Source: Myxococcota bacterium
Lineage (GTDB): Bacteria > Myxococcota_A > UBA9160 > UBA6930
DNA length: 64,000 nt
Assembly (NCBI GenBank): GCA_965223705.1
Contig: OZ245015.1
Span: 2,048,001-2,112,000 of the forward strand
Direction: 5' to 3'
Made by a program: the position numbers and the translations under genes
Shown: one piece after another, positions 51,574 to 61,583 of the stretch
How positions within the stretch are numbered: the first letter of the stretch is position 1
Layout of the letters: every line of letters begins with the position of its first letter
The notes under the pieces: generated by a model
Seen by the model: only the letters and a program-made list of their open reading frames with translations
Database searches by the model: none
Told to the model about the DNA's origin: nothing

Positions 51574-52776
51574 TCAGCTCTGGTCTTTCAACCCCACGAT
51601 GGTCCACACGGCGTCTTCGCCCGCGCCCAGGAGCGCTCTTCCCACGTCCTGGGTGATGGTGTCGGACAGGTGCACGTGTTGCGTGGCGGCATGAATGTCT
51701 CGAAAGCAGCGCTGAATCACACTGGGGCGCAACGAAGCGCCCCCAGCGGCCTTGTGGGCGAAGGTGCAGACTTCGGAAACCACCTCGTGCAGATGCGTCA
51801 TCGCGCCGCGGAGCAGGGCGATCTGCTCGATCGTCACGTCCTCTCCTCGCGCGAAGCTCTCATCCACATCGGTCCACATCGAGTAACAGAAGGCGCGCGC
51901 CGCGCGGTACTTCGCTTCGGCCCGGGCATAGGCCAGCTGGAAGCTCGAGGCGTCGGCCAGCCGCCCGAAGGGCCCCGTCTTGGTCTTGGAGAGCTCGGCG
52001 ATTTCGTCGAGAACGCGGCGACCCACGCCCAGGGCGAATCCGCTGTGACCCCAGGCCGTGAAGCCGGTGAGACCGACCCTGTACTGGATCCCGCCGCACA
52101 CCGGCTCGCGATCCTCACCGAGGTGGGTCATCTCCTCGGGTACGAATACGTCCTGGATCGTGTAGTCGAAGCTGCCCGTTCCGCGCAGCCCGATGACATC
52201 CCAGTTGTCGAAGATCTCGACATCCTTGCGATCCACGTGGCAGATCAGGACCTCCGGGAGTCCGGTAGCGCTCATGACCGGTTTGCCGTCTTCGAGCAGG
52301 AGGCAGCCGGTGTGGATCACGTCGGCGTGGTGGATTCCGCTCCCGTAGCTCCAGCTTCCCTCGATCTGATAGCCGCCCGCGACTCGCACCGCCGTTCCAC
52401 GAGGCGGACCCTGACCTGCCATCAACAGATCCTTGCCGCGGGCGAAGAGCGCTTTCGCGCCTTTTTCGGGCAGAAAAGCGCCCCCCATGCCGAGCTCGAT
52501 AGCGCCCACCATGAGACACCATCCGGTGGAGCCGTCGTCGTACGCGGTCGCCTCGACCAGCTTCAAGGCTTCGCACCAGCGGAGCTCCGCGCCTCCCAGC
52601 GCCCTCGGGACGAGGATCCAGTAGAGGTCGGCTTCCTTGAAGGCGGCGACCACGTCGTCGCTCATGCGGTGTAGACGTTCGGCCTCGTCCGCCTTCTCGC
52701 GCACCAACGGCCGGAGGTCTCGAACTTTGCGTTCGAACTCGGCGAATCGAGGGGCGGTCGTCGCTAGCTGTTCCAT
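51574..52776 (-). CDS. Acyl-CoA-dehydrogenase-fold flavin monooxygenase oxygenase component (HsaA/C2-like)
   Basis: VPRALGG, DGSTGW, GSWSYGSG, WDVIGLRGTGS, IQRCFRDIHAATQH. Confidence 0.88.
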   Translation of the reverse strand: MEQLATTAPRFAEFERKVRDLRPLVREKADEAERLHRMSDDVVAAFKEADLYWILVPRALGGAELRWCEALKLVEATAYDDGSTGWCLMVGAIELGMGGAFLPEKGAKALFARGKDLLMAGQGPPRGTAVRVAGGYQIEGSWSYGSGIHHADVIHTGCLLLEDGKPVMSATGLPEVLICHVDRKDVEIFDNWDVIGLRGTGSFDYTIQDVFVPEEMTHLGEDREPVCGGIQYRVGLTGFTAWGHSGFALGVGRRVLDEIAELSKTKTGPFGRLADASSFQLAYARAEAKYRAARAFCYSMWTDVDESFARGEDVTIEQIALLRGAMTHLHEVVSEVCTFAHKAAGGASLRPSVIQRCFRDIHAATQHVHLSDTITQDVGRALLGAGEDAVWTIVGLKDQS

Positions 52777-52790
52777 TTTGTGTCTTTCAA

Positions 52791-53288
52791 CTAGGCGCCA
52801 GCTCGCAGCTTCTGGGCGGCGTTTCGGACGGCGGCGACGATTCCCTGGTAGCCGGTGCAACGGCAGACGTTTCCCGACAGCTGCTCCCGTATCTCGTCAT
52901 CGTCCGGGTCGGGGTTCTTCGCGAGGAGATCCTGAACCGTCAGCAAGAAGCCCGGGGTGCAGAAGCCACATTGGAGGCCGTGCTCCTCATGGAAGGCCTG
53001 CTGAATCGGATGCAATCCTTCGGGACCGGCCATTCCCTCGACGGTGTCGATGGTCGCTCCGTCGACCGAGATCGCAAAGGTCAAGCACGAGCGCGCGATG
53101 GCTCCGTCGATGCGCACGGTGCAGGCGCCACAGACACCCTGCTCGCAGCCGACGTGCGTGCCGGTCAGCCGGCATTCGTGGCGCAGGAAATCGCTCAGCA
53201 GCATTCGCGGCTCGGCCAGGGCGGTGTGCTGTTCACCGTTGACGGTCAACGTGATCGCCTGGAGGCCTTTGACGGCTTGGGTGCTCAC
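52791..53288 (-). CDS. Mo-hydroxylase [2Fe-2S] small subunit (CoxS-like)
   Basis: GCEQGVCGAC, SC, QCGFCTPG, NVCRCTGY. Confidence 0.95.
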   Translation of the reverse strand: MSTQAVKGLQAITLTVNGEQHTALAEPRMLLSDFLRHECRLTGTHVGCEQGVCGACTVRIDGAIARSCLTFAISVDGATIDTVEGMAGPEGLHPIQQAFHEEHGLQCGFCTPGFLLTVQDLLAKNPDPDDDEIREQLSGNVCRCTGYQGIVAAVRNAAQKLRAGA

Positions 53289-54157
53289 CGGTTGTTCCTT
53301 CTCGAGATCGCTTCGTCGATCACACGCGAAACCAGCACAGCAGCCAGATCCTTGCGGTACAACGAGCTGCCGTGCTGATCGAAGGGTGGATCGAGGTCCC
53401 GGGCGACGAGGGCGCCGATCTCGCGGCTGGTGTTGGCATCGGGGAGCCCCTGGCCCGCCAGAGCGGCCTCGGCGGCCGGCACGCGCACCGCGCGGTCGGC
53501 GACGCCGAGTAGGGCGATGCGCGCGGACTCAATGCGGTCTCCGTCGAGTTCCGCCGAGAAAGCCACTCCCGCGAGTGCGAAGTCGCCGTGCCGTCGGGCG
53601 AATTCGCCAAAGCCCCAGACGGTTCGGTTCGGCGCGGCGGCGGGGATGCGGACTTCGCAGAGGAGCTCGTCCGGAGCCAGCGACGTCGTCAGGTAGGACT
53701 CGAAGAAATCGTCGGCGTCGATCAGCCGCTCACCGGCAGGGCCTCGCGCGAGGATGGAGCCGCCGAGTGCGAGAAGGACGGCGGGCAGCTCTGCGGCGGC
53801 GTCGGCATGGGCGACGCTGCCGCCGAAGGTTCCGCGATTGCGGTTGGCCGTGTGCCCCACCCACTGAAGAGCAGCGGGGACCATCGGTACACTGTCGGCG
53901 ACCTCCTTCGATGCGAGGACGGCCGCTTGACGCGCGGTAGCTCCGATCGCCAGCTCGCCGTTGCAGCGGATCTCGCTCAAACCCGCGATTCCACAGATGT
54001 CGATCAGCGCCGAAGGCTGGGCGAGGCGCAAATTCATCATCGGAATGAGACTCTGACCCCCGGCGAGGACTTTGCCTTCGTCACCATGCTCGGAGAGCAG
54101 CGACACCGCTTCGTCCACGGATTCGGGCCGGTAGTAGACAAACGGCGCGGGTTTCAT
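53285..54157 (-). CDS. Mo-hydroxylase FAD-binding medium subunit (CoxM-like)
   Basis: MKPAPF.Y, LAGGQSLIP, RNRGTFGGS.AHAD, RRHGDFA. Confidence 0.95.
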   Translation of the reverse strand: MKPAPFVYYRPESVDEAVSLLSEHGDEGKVLAGGQSLIPMMNLRLAQPSALIDICGIAGLSEIRCNGELAIGATARQAAVLASKEVADSVPMVPAALQWVGHTANRNRGTFGGSVAHADAAAELPAVLLALGGSILARGPAGERLIDADDFFESYLTTSLAPDELLCEVRIPAAAPNRTVWGFGEFARRHGDFALAGVAFSAELDGDRIESARIALLGVADRAVRVPAAEAALAGQGLPDANTSREIGALVARDLDPPFDQHGSSLYRKDLAAVLVSRVIDEAISRRNNR

Positions 54158-54291
54158 ACTCCTTACGTAACACAACGCCGCGATTTTCGGGAAGCTCGGG
54201 GGCGTGGCGCACGCCCGGCAGCGCTGGCAGCTTCCAGTGCTTTGTCGTTAGCCTCGACACGTCTCGGGGATGGGCAGAGCAGGAGCCACGC

Positions 54292-55065
54292 TTGAGAGTC
54301 GTCGTCTGGAGCTGCGGACAGCTCGGAGTGGAGGTCGCCAACGCGCTCGTGGCCCTGCCCGAGGTCGATCGCGCGACGCTCGTGCAAGCCCCGTGGAAAA
54401 CGCGGGCCCGGGAAGACTCCGCGCTGGGGCGGATCCGAGCCGGCATCCGCGAAGAGGGGTTTTGGGCGTTTCTCCGGCGGGTGTTCGAGACACGCCTTCC
54501 TCGCGCGTCGTCAACGCCGGCTCACCCGACGCTCCGCGGCGATGTCGACCGACACGAAGTCGACGACTTTCACGGCGAGGACTCCCTCGCGCTAGCGCGC
54601 GACTTCGCGGCGGACCTCGGTGTCGTCGCAGGTACCTACATCCTCCGCGAGAAGCTTTTCTCGATTCCCCGGCTCGGCTCGATCAATCTCCACAGCGGGA
54701 AAGCTCCGCAGTACCGGGGTTCCGCGCCGGCATTCTGGGAGCTCTACAACGGCGAGACGGAGGTAGGAATCACGATCCACCGCGTCGCGAAGAAACTCGA
54801 TGCGGGTGATATCTTCCTCCAGGAAGTTTTCCCTCTCGATCCCTCACCTCCCGGAGACCCGCTCGCCTACGTCGTGCGCTACCGCGACGAGGTCTTGCGA
54901 CCCAACGGGGTGAGGATGCTCGCCGAGGCTGTATCGGGGATCGCTCGGGGAAGCTTGTCGCCGACGCCGCAGGACGGACGCGGGGCCCGGACGTACCGGA
55001 TGCCGGACGCCAGCGCAAAGCGAGAGCTCGTAGAGCGGGTCCGCGCCCGCAGACGGCAGCATTGA
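54292..55065 (+). CDS. Formyltransferase family protein (probable sugar N-formyltransferase)
   Basis: INLHSG..PQYRG, GITIH, LDAGDI (N-H-D catalytic triad); lacks the C-terminal domain of Fmt. Confidence 0.85.
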   Translation: MRVVVWSCGQLGVEVANALVALPEVDRATLVQAPWKTRAREDSALGRIRAGIREEGFWAFLRRVFETRLPRASSTPAHPTLRGDVDRHEVDDFHGEDSLALARDFAADLGVVAGTYILREKLFSIPRLGSINLHSGKAPQYRGSAPAFWELYNGETEVGITIHRVAKKLDAGDIFLQEVFPLDPSPPGDPLAYVVRYRDEVLRPNGVRMLAEAVSGIARGSLSPTPQDGRGARTYRMPDASAKRELVERVRARRRQH

Positions 55066-55078
55066 AGGGAGACTCGGC

Positions 55079-55903
55079 GTGGAGCCCGAGCTGAAGAAGC
55101 GTGTCAAGAGTTGGCTCGGCCGTGCTCTGTCTCTCACGCGCATGCATCGACCGCTGTTGCGAGAGCGCGGCTTGGTTCTCCTCTTTCACCGGGTGGACGA
55201 CCGGCTGACCGACGATCCCCTGACGTGCACCTCGGCCGAGTTCGATCGGTGGTGCGATTTTCTCCGCCGCCATTTCGAGGTGCTCTCCCTGTCCCAGTTC
55301 ATCGACCGGCTGGCTGCAGGCCAGTCCGTGGGCGGCTGTGCGGCGCTGACCTTCGACGACGGGTACCTCGACAACTACGCGACGGCGGCTCCGATTCTCA
55401 AACGCCACAACCTTTCGGCGTGCTTTTTCGTCGCCACGAATTTCATCGGCTCGGAGCACGTCCCCTGGTGGGATCGCGAGCTCCCCGTCCGGCTACCGTG
55501 GATGAGCTGGGACCAGGTGCGGGAGCTCCAGCGCGACGGTTTCGAGATCGGCTGCCACACCATGAACCACGTGGACCTCGGCGTAGTCCCCGACGACGAG
55601 GCGACCGTCGAGATCACCGGCGCAAAGCAGAAGTTGGCCGAAGAGCTGGCGCTCCCGGTGCGACACTTCTCCTATCCGTACGGCGGACGCGATCAGGTGA
55701 CCGCAGCGTGTGTCGCCACGGTTCGAGAGGCCGGCTTCGCCTCCTGCTCTTCCGCCTACGGCGGCCTCGTCGAGAACGGCGAGGACTGCTTCCGCGTTCA
55801 GCGCACCCCGATTTCACCCTGGTTCAGCAGCCCCTATCAAATGCTCGCCGAAATCGTTCTCGAGGCGCACTCGGGGGCTGCGGACCAGCCGGACCCTTTC
55901 TAA
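55079..55903 (+). CDS. Polysaccharide deacetylase (CE4/NodB family)
   Basis: FHRV, LTFDDG, HTMNH, FSYPYG. Confidence 0.92.
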   Translation: MEPELKKRVKSWLGRALSLTRMHRPLLRERGLVLLFHRVDDRLTDDPLTCTSAEFDRWCDFLRRHFEVLSLSQFIDRLAAGQSVGGCAALTFDDGYLDNYATAAPILKRHNLSACFFVATNFIGSEHVPWWDRELPVRLPWMSWDQVRELQRDGFEIGCHTMNHVDLGVVPDDEATVEITGAKQKLAEELALPVRHFSYPYGGRDQVTAACVATVREAGFASCSSAYGGLVENGEDCFRVQRTPISPWFSSPYQMLAEIVLEAHSGAADQPDPF

Positions 55904-55961
55904 CCGCTCGCTTGGCGCCCCCGAGTCCCTCGAGTAGAGTCGGGCACGCGAGGAGACCCCG

Positions 55962-57083
55962 ATGTTCTTTGAAGGCGCGATCTCTGCCGACTCTCACATC
56001 GTCGAACCGCCGAACTGCTACGTGGACCACATCGAGCCCAAGTACCGCGACATCGCTCCGCGCATTGTCCGTACCGAAAGTCGCGGCGACGCGTTTGTCA
56101 TGGAGGGCATGAAGCGCATCGTGCCCATCGCGCTGCTGGACGGCGCCGGGCGCAGCGTCGGGGAGCTCCGGGGGTTCGCCCGCAGTGCACGATTCGAGGA
56201 TTGCCGCCCGAGCGGGTGGGACCCGCGTTACCGGGTGGAGGACCAGAAGCGCGACGGCCTCGCCGCAGAGGTTCTGTACGCCTCCGTCGGAATGGCCATC
56301 TGCACGCATCCGGAGCCCGAGTACAAGTCGGCATGCATGACAGCCTACAACCGTTGGCTCGAGGGTTACTGCGCCGAGGCACCGGATCGCCTGTTCGGCC
56401 TCGGGATGTCTGCGGTCACCTCGGTCGACGGCGCCATCGAGGATTTCCGCCGGATCAAGGAGCAGGGGTTCGTCGGAGTGATGATGCCCGGAAACCCGGT
56501 TTACGAGGACTTTGACCACCCCGATTACGACGCCCTCTGGGCCTGCGCGACCGACCTCGAGCTTCCCCTGTGCTTTCACATTCTCACCGCCAAGGAAGGG
56601 GACATGCGCACCGCGTTCAACCCCACGCGTGGTCACCGCATCAACGGCTTCATGCAGATCATCCGCGCCGTACAAGACGTGATCGGCGTCATGGTCTTGG
56701 GCGGCGTCTTCGAGCGCTTTCCGGGTCTCAAGCTCGTGTGCGCGGAAGGCGATGCGGGTTGGATGCCGCACTACATGTACCGGATGGATCACGCGGCCTT
56801 CAACAACGCGGAGGACGGCATCATCAAAGGCCTGTCGAAGGTCCCGAGCGAATACTTGAAGAAGAACGTCTATCTGACGTTTCAGGACGACTGGGTCGCT
56901 TTCGAGACGCGCAACCTGATGGCGTCGAGCCAACTTCTTTGGGCGAACGACTTCCCCCACACCGATTCGACGTGGCCGAACTCCCAGTCACTGCTGGCGC
57001 AACACGCCGCTGACCTCGACCCCGACGAGACTCGGGCGATCCTCCGAGACAATGTCCGCGGCGTGTTCGACCTACCGGTGTGA
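55962..57083 (+). CDS. Amidohydrolase_2 family metal-dependent hydrolase/decarboxylase
   Basis: ISADSHIVEP, AYNRWL, LCFH, GVFERFP, WANDFPHTDS. Confidence 0.9.
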   Translation: MFFEGAISADSHIVEPPNCYVDHIEPKYRDIAPRIVRTESRGDAFVMEGMKRIVPIALLDGAGRSVGELRGFARSARFEDCRPSGWDPRYRVEDQKRDGLAAEVLYASVGMAICTHPEPEYKSACMTAYNRWLEGYCAEAPDRLFGLGMSAVTSVDGAIEDFRRIKEQGFVGVMMPGNPVYEDFDHPDYDALWACATDLELPLCFHILTAKEGDMRTAFNPTRGHRINGFMQIIRAVQDVIGVMVLGGVFERFPGLKLVCAEGDAGWMPHYMYRMDHAAFNNAEDGIIKGLSKVPSEYLKKNVYLTFQDDWVAFETRNLMASSQLLWANDFPHTDSTWPNSQSLLAQHAADLDPDETRAILRDNVRGVFDLPV

Positions 57084-57117
57084 TCTGAGTCCGTCTTCTG
57101 CAACGCAGCCGCTCTCT

Positions 57118-58536
57118 GTGGAACCTTTCTTCCAACATCCCGATCCGGGTGAGGCGCCGCGTGGGCGGATCGCGCTGCTCGCTTACCACTTCCCCCCGGC
57201 CGAGACAGCCGGCGCGCTGCGCTGGCAAAAGCTCGCTCGCCACGCTTACGAGCGCGGCTGGGCCCTCGACGCGTTCACCCGAGCACCCGAACAGCTGGAG
57301 CTTCGAGATGACTCCCGACTGAGGGAGCTCCCGCCAGGAGCACGGGTGTTCGGTGTCCCCGAGCTACCGACGCGAACCCGGCGAGCCGAGTCTTTTCTCT
57401 GGGGGCGGTTGCGACCGTGGGTGCGCTCATGGTGGAGCCACTCGGAGCGAAGCGTCGACGGCTCTCCGAGCGGACCGACCTCTCTCGCAGCGGGAGAGCT
57501 CCGCTTCCGTCCGTGGTCGCCATCGAGTTGGCGGCCCGCTTACGAGGGTTGGGCCAGTTACTCCGAGGAACGAGCCTGGGGCCGGGCCGCGGCGGGGTAC
57601 GCGCGCAGCGTCATCGAGCGTGAGCGTCACCGGCTCGTGGTCTCGTGCGGTCCGCCCCATGGAACCCACCTGGGCGCGGAGCTGCTTCACCGGTCCACGG
57701 GCCTTCCTTTCGTCCTCGACTTTCGAGACCTGTGGAGCTTGACCGAACGCTGGACCGCGTACCGAGGTAGCCCGGTTACCGTGCGGCTGGCGCGGCGTTG
57801 GGAAGCCTCGGGCGTTCGTCGAGCGACGCTGGTGGTTCTCAACACCGAGCGCGCTTGTCGCGCGATGCGGGAAGAATATCCCGAGCGCGCCGAACGGATG
57901 ATTTCGGTCATGAACGGATACGACGAGGAGGAACTGCCCCGCGTCGAACGCGACGGATGTTTTCGCTTGTCTTACGCGGGGACGATCTACCTCGACCGAA
58001 CGCCGCGCACCCTCTTCGCCGCCGTCGCGCGTCTCGTTCGCGAGCACCGCCTCGAGCCGGGGGACCTCGCCGTCGAGTTCATGGGGCACATCTTTCCGAG
58101 CCCCGAAGCGGTGCTTTCCCTAGCGCGCGAGGAAAACATCGAGTCCTTTGTGAAGGTGCACCCGCCGGGAACCCGACGCGAGGCGAACGAGTTCTTGGCG
58201 AGGGCGCCGATGCTGGTCAACCTCCCCCAGGACAGCCATATGGCGATCCCGTCGAAGATTTTCGAGTACCTCCGTCACGATGCCTGGTTGCTGGTCCTCG
58301 CGCGAAGGGAGAGCGCGTCCGCCGACGCGCTCCGCGGATCCCCGGCCGACGTGGTCGATCCGAACGACGTCGAAGGGATGTATCGGGCGTTAGCGAGGCG
58401 TTTCGAAGAACATCGCCGCGGAGCCACGCCGGGCGCGATCGCCGATGAGACCCGGCTGTCGCGTCGCGAGCAGGCGGAGCGCCTCTTCGACGCGATCGAC
58501 GAAGCCCTCCGCCGAGGCGCGGGCCAGGCGAGCTAG
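57118..58536 (+). CDS. GT4-like glycosyltransferase
   Basis: AYHFPP, SCGPPH, DFRDLW, NGYD, YAG, IPSKIFEYL; start uncertain. Confidence 0.85.
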   Translation: MEPFFQHPDPGEAPRGRIALLAYHFPPAETAGALRWQKLARHAYERGWALDAFTRAPEQLELRDDSRLRELPPGARVFGVPELPTRTRRAESFLWGRLRPWVRSWWSHSERSVDGSPSGPTSLAAGELRFRPWSPSSWRPAYEGWASYSEERAWGRAAAGYARSVIERERHRLVVSCGPPHGTHLGAELLHRSTGLPFVLDFRDLWSLTERWTAYRGSPVTVRLARRWEASGVRRATLVVLNTERACRAMREEYPERAERMISVMNGYDEEELPRVERDGCFRLSYAGTIYLDRTPRTLFAAVARLVREHRLEPGDLAVEFMGHIFPSPEAVLSLAREENIESFVKVHPPGTRREANEFLARAPMLVNLPQDSHMAIPSKIFEYLRHDAWLLVLARRESASADALRGSPADVVDPNDVEGMYRALARRFEEHRRGATPGAIADETRLSRREQAERLFDAIDEALRRGAGQAS

Positions 58537-59612
58537 ACCGAGAGTTTGCGGAGTTCCGGAGCGACTTTCTGGCCCAGTAGCCTGAGAGAGTCCTGAACGA
58601 GATCGAACGGCATGCCCGCGTAAGAGACGGCCATCGCCGGGCGCAACTCCCCCGTCATCTCCGCCCGCTTGGTCCACTTTTCGATGATCTGGGCCGGCGT
58701 ACCCCAAGCCTGGCTCTGCACGAAACCTTCGCAGGCCGCGTCGAGTCCGATCTCCTGGATCGCGGACGCCCCGGCCTGATACGCCTGGTAACCCTGGGTT
58801 TCGCCCCAGTGCGAGCCGTCGAAGTCGTAGTGCCGGATGACGCTCAGGTAGTACTTGGAGAGGTACTGGCGCGCCACTTCTTCGGCGACGCGCTCGTCTT
58901 CGTGGCAGTACGTAAAGTCCGAAAACACGGGTGCGCCGGGTGACTTCCCGGGATGCATCTCGCGGAAGCGATCGCGCCAGGCCTCGACCGCCGCATGGTG
59001 TTGTTCCCAGGGCAACTGCACGAACGACATCATCGTGCCGCCGAGGTTTGCCGCCGCGACTCCGGATTCCGGCGTCATGGCCACGGAGAAGAAGCCGCGA
59101 TCGCGGTAACCGAACTCGGGCTTCGGCGTCACGGTCGTGCGCGATTGCTGGAAGAACTCGGTGTCGTATTCGGCAATGCCCGTCTCGAGGATGTCGAGCA
59201 CGATTTCCGCGGCCTGGTCGAAACGCTCTCGTGCCGTGTTCATATCGACTCCGAACGCTCGGTATTCCTCGCGCGCGAGGCCGCGACCGAAGCCCAAAAG
59301 AAAACGCTCGCCGAGAAGCACTTGCAGCATCGAAATTTTCTCGGCGATCCGCGTGGGATTTTCGTGCCACGGCAGGATGATGGCGCCGGTTCCGATCTTG
59401 ATCCGCTCGGTCTTCCCTGCGAGATACGCCAACCACTGCATGTTGTCGGGCATCATCGAATAGTTCGGGTCGAAGTGATGTTCCGGCAGGAGGAGGAAGT
59501 CCATGCCGACTTCCTCCGCGAGCAGCGCGACTTCGGTTTCGCGCCGCATCATCTCGGCGTCGGAGAGGCCCTCATGCGTGTTCTGGAAAATGAATTGCAG
59601 ACCGACTTCCAT
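58533..59612 (-). CDS. LLM-class (luciferase-like) flavin-dependent oxidoreductase
   Basis: AEEVG..PEHHF, TERIKIGT, ILPW, GFGRG. Confidence 0.92.
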   Translation of the reverse strand: MEVGLQFIFQNTHEGLSDAEMMRRETEVALLAEEVGMDFLLLPEHHFDPNYSMMPDNMQWLAYLAGKTERIKIGTGAIILPWHENPTRIAEKISMLQVLLGERFLLGFGRGLAREEYRAFGVDMNTARERFDQAAEIVLDILETGIAEYDTEFFQQSRTTVTPKPEFGYRDRGFFSVAMTPESGVAAANLGGTMMSFVQLPWEQHHAAVEAWRDRFREMHPGKSPGAPVFSDFTYCHEDERVAEEVARQYLSKYYLSVIRHYDFDGSHWGETQGYQAYQAGASAIQEIGLDAACEGFVQSQAWGTPAQIIEKWTKRAEMTGELRPAMAVSYAGMPFDLVQDSLRLLGQKVAPELRKLSV

Positions 59613-59639
59613 GGCGCTTTCCTCGTGGTCGAACCGTTC

Positions 59640-60725
59640 TCACGGTCGGATTTCGTAGTAGTTGTTGAGCGGGTTCTCGTCGTAGGGGAGCCGTCGGAAC
59701 CGTGTGAAACCCTGCTGTGTGGACATCTCCTCGGCCACGACTTCGTTGAACCCGAGGGTTCCGAGGCCGGCACCGTCGGGCTTCGACATGGCCGAAGACA
59801 TGCACACGTTCACCGAGAAGCCGTACAGGAGGCCGGCGATGGGGTTGTCCCGGAGGTTCTGCGGAAAATTCGGGAAGCTCCTGATGTCCTCGCAGAGCCA
59901 GGTGCCGTCGGATTGTAGGGAACGCCGGATGTCGCGAATGAGCTCCGCCGGATACGGTGTGTCGTGCACGACGTCGAAGGTGGTGGCGAAATCGAAAGTA
60001 GGCTCACTCGGCATCGGCGTCTCGAGCGGGTTCTGTACTTCGACGTTCGCGAGGCCCGCTTCGGCGACGTTGCGGCGGGCGCGATCGAGCGCGTGGTGCG
60101 AGATGTCGTAGGCCACGAATCGAGAATTCGGAAAGGCCTTGGCCATCGCCACCGTCGACAGCGCGCCGCCACAGCCGACGTCCGCCACCGCCGCCCCCGC
60201 TTCGAGTTTCTCGACAACCCCGTCGAGGAGGGGGAGGATGCGCGGAACCAGCTCGTACTTCTGCATCTGCTGGCTCAGTCGCTCCACGCCGCAGGCGCAA
60301 CCGGCACCCTTGTCGTCGTAGGTCTGACCGATCCCGGTCCGAAAGCAGTCGGGCAGGCCTTTCACGGTCTCCATCAGCGCGACCACCGCCTCGAACGCCC
60401 CGGCGAAGTAGGCGGGACTCGCCTCGTCGAGAAGCGCGGCCTTCGCCTCGGGAGAGAGGTAGAAGACGTCGTCCGCGTCGCGGTATTCGAGCTGGCCGAG
60501 GCACGCCTGGTGTCGCAACCATTCGCGGAGCCAGCGTTCGTGGAGGCCCGTGTGGTCGGCGAGCCCCTGGCTCGTCACCGGGCCCGTTTCGGACAGTGCC
60601 CGGTAAAGCCCCAGCTGATCGCCGACGTAGCTGAGGGCACAGTTCATGCCTTGGCTCACGCTGTCACCCAGCTGGCCGACGAATGCCTGCAGTCGTTCGG
60701 GATCGACTTCGGTGCGGATCTCCAT
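59640..60725 (-). CDS. Class I SAM-dependent methyltransferase with N-terminal HTH
   Basis: GDQLGLY..L...GP.T..LA..TGL.ER.LREWL; VADVGCGG; FDVVHD; LGTLG. Confidence 0.9.
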   Translation of the reverse strand: MEIRTEVDPERLQAFVGQLGDSVSQGMNCALSYVGDQLGLYRALSETGPVTSQGLADHTGLHERWLREWLRHQACLGQLEYRDADDVFYLSPEAKAALLDEASPAYFAGAFEAVVALMETVKGLPDCFRTGIGQTYDDKGAGCACGVERLSQQMQKYELVPRILPLLDGVVEKLEAGAAVADVGCGGALSTVAMAKAFPNSRFVAYDISHHALDRARRNVAEAGLANVEVQNPLETPMPSEPTFDFATTFDVVHDTPYPAELIRDIRRSLQSDGTWLCEDIRSFPNFPQNLRDNPIAGLLYGFSVNVCMSSAMSKPDGAGLGTLGFNEVVAEEMSTQQGFTRFRRLPYDENPLNNYYEIRP

Positions 60726-60814
60726 GGGACCTCCCTGGGGTTTGGCCCAAGAGAATACCTCCGCGTAGCTCAATCGGATCGAATCGGGCGCGGGCACGCC
60801 CGTACCGCCTGCGG

Positions 60815-61492
60815 TCAGTCTTGCCGGGTGCGCAGGGCCAACAAGCCGAGACCCATCGCGAGGAGTACGCCGGTCGCCGGCTCGGGGACGATCGTCACCT
60901 CGCCGAAAGCCAAATAGTTCGTCTCGTTGGTGTCGTCGATTTGGAAGAGAATGAGGTCGGGGTTCGGCGGCGGCGTCGACGTGTAGCTGCTGTCGGAGAA
61001 CACGTCGGTCGTGGCGTAGATGTACGTGACTTCCCACTCGATGTTGTCGAGCACCGGGTCTTCCAGGGTTTCGCTGCCCACACTCCAGACATCGATCGTG
61101 CTCCCCACCGCAACGGTGAGCCCGAAGATCGCCGCGAGAGCGGCGCCGTCCGCATCGACGATCTGATCGTTGGTGATCGCGACGCTCGATTCGACGCCCA
61201 GGGTGGTGACCCCGAGGCCGGTCAACGACCCGGTGCCTCCCGGGAAGACGTAGTTGATCTCGTCGGGCGGGAAATCCTCGACGATGCAACCCCCGCAGAC
61301 ATCGCCGTAGACCACGTTGCCGGAGAACTCCGACACGCCTTCGACGCCCCCGGTGTAGGTGCCGAGCGCGTTGTCTTCGAGGATGACCGTGAGGATTCCC
61401 GTCCAGGCGATCGAAGCCGCCTCGGCGCGGCCAGGGGCGGTGAGTGTGAAAAGCGCGAGAGCTGAGAGCAAGAGGGAAGAACTGCGGCGCAT
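60815..61492 (-). CDS. PEP-CTERM sorting-domain exported protein
   Basis: Signal peptide (..AEA-A); acidic Gly/Thr-rich body; C-terminal VPEPATGVLLAMGLGLLALRTR. Confidence 0.92.
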   Translation of the reverse strand: MRRSSSLLLSALALFTLTAPGRAEAASIAWTGILTVILEDNALGTYTGGVEGVSEFSGNVVYGDVCGGCIVEDFPPDEINYVFPGGTGSLTGLGVTTLGVESSVAITNDQIVDADGAALAAIFGLTVAVGSTIDVWSVGSETLEDPVLDNIEWEVTYIYATTDVFSDSSYTSTPPPNPDLILFQIDDTNETNYLAFGEVTIVPEPATGVLLAMGLGLLALRTRQD

Positions 61493-61583
61493 GAGAACTC
61501 CGGTGTGGGTAAACAGAATCACCCGAGCGCCCTGGCAAAGCAAGGCCGCTGCTCCGACGGGGTTCCCCCCGGGCTACCCGGAG

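Noticed and set aside
54292..55065. Methionyl-tRNA formyltransferase (fmt)
   Set aside because: Lacks the Fmt N-terminal motif and C-terminal domain; sits in a polysaccharide gene context
60726..61538. 632-aa ORF 59640..61538 as a single protein
   Set aside because: The first ~270 aa are an off-frame read of the PEP-CTERM gene; the methyltransferase starts at 60725 after GGAGG
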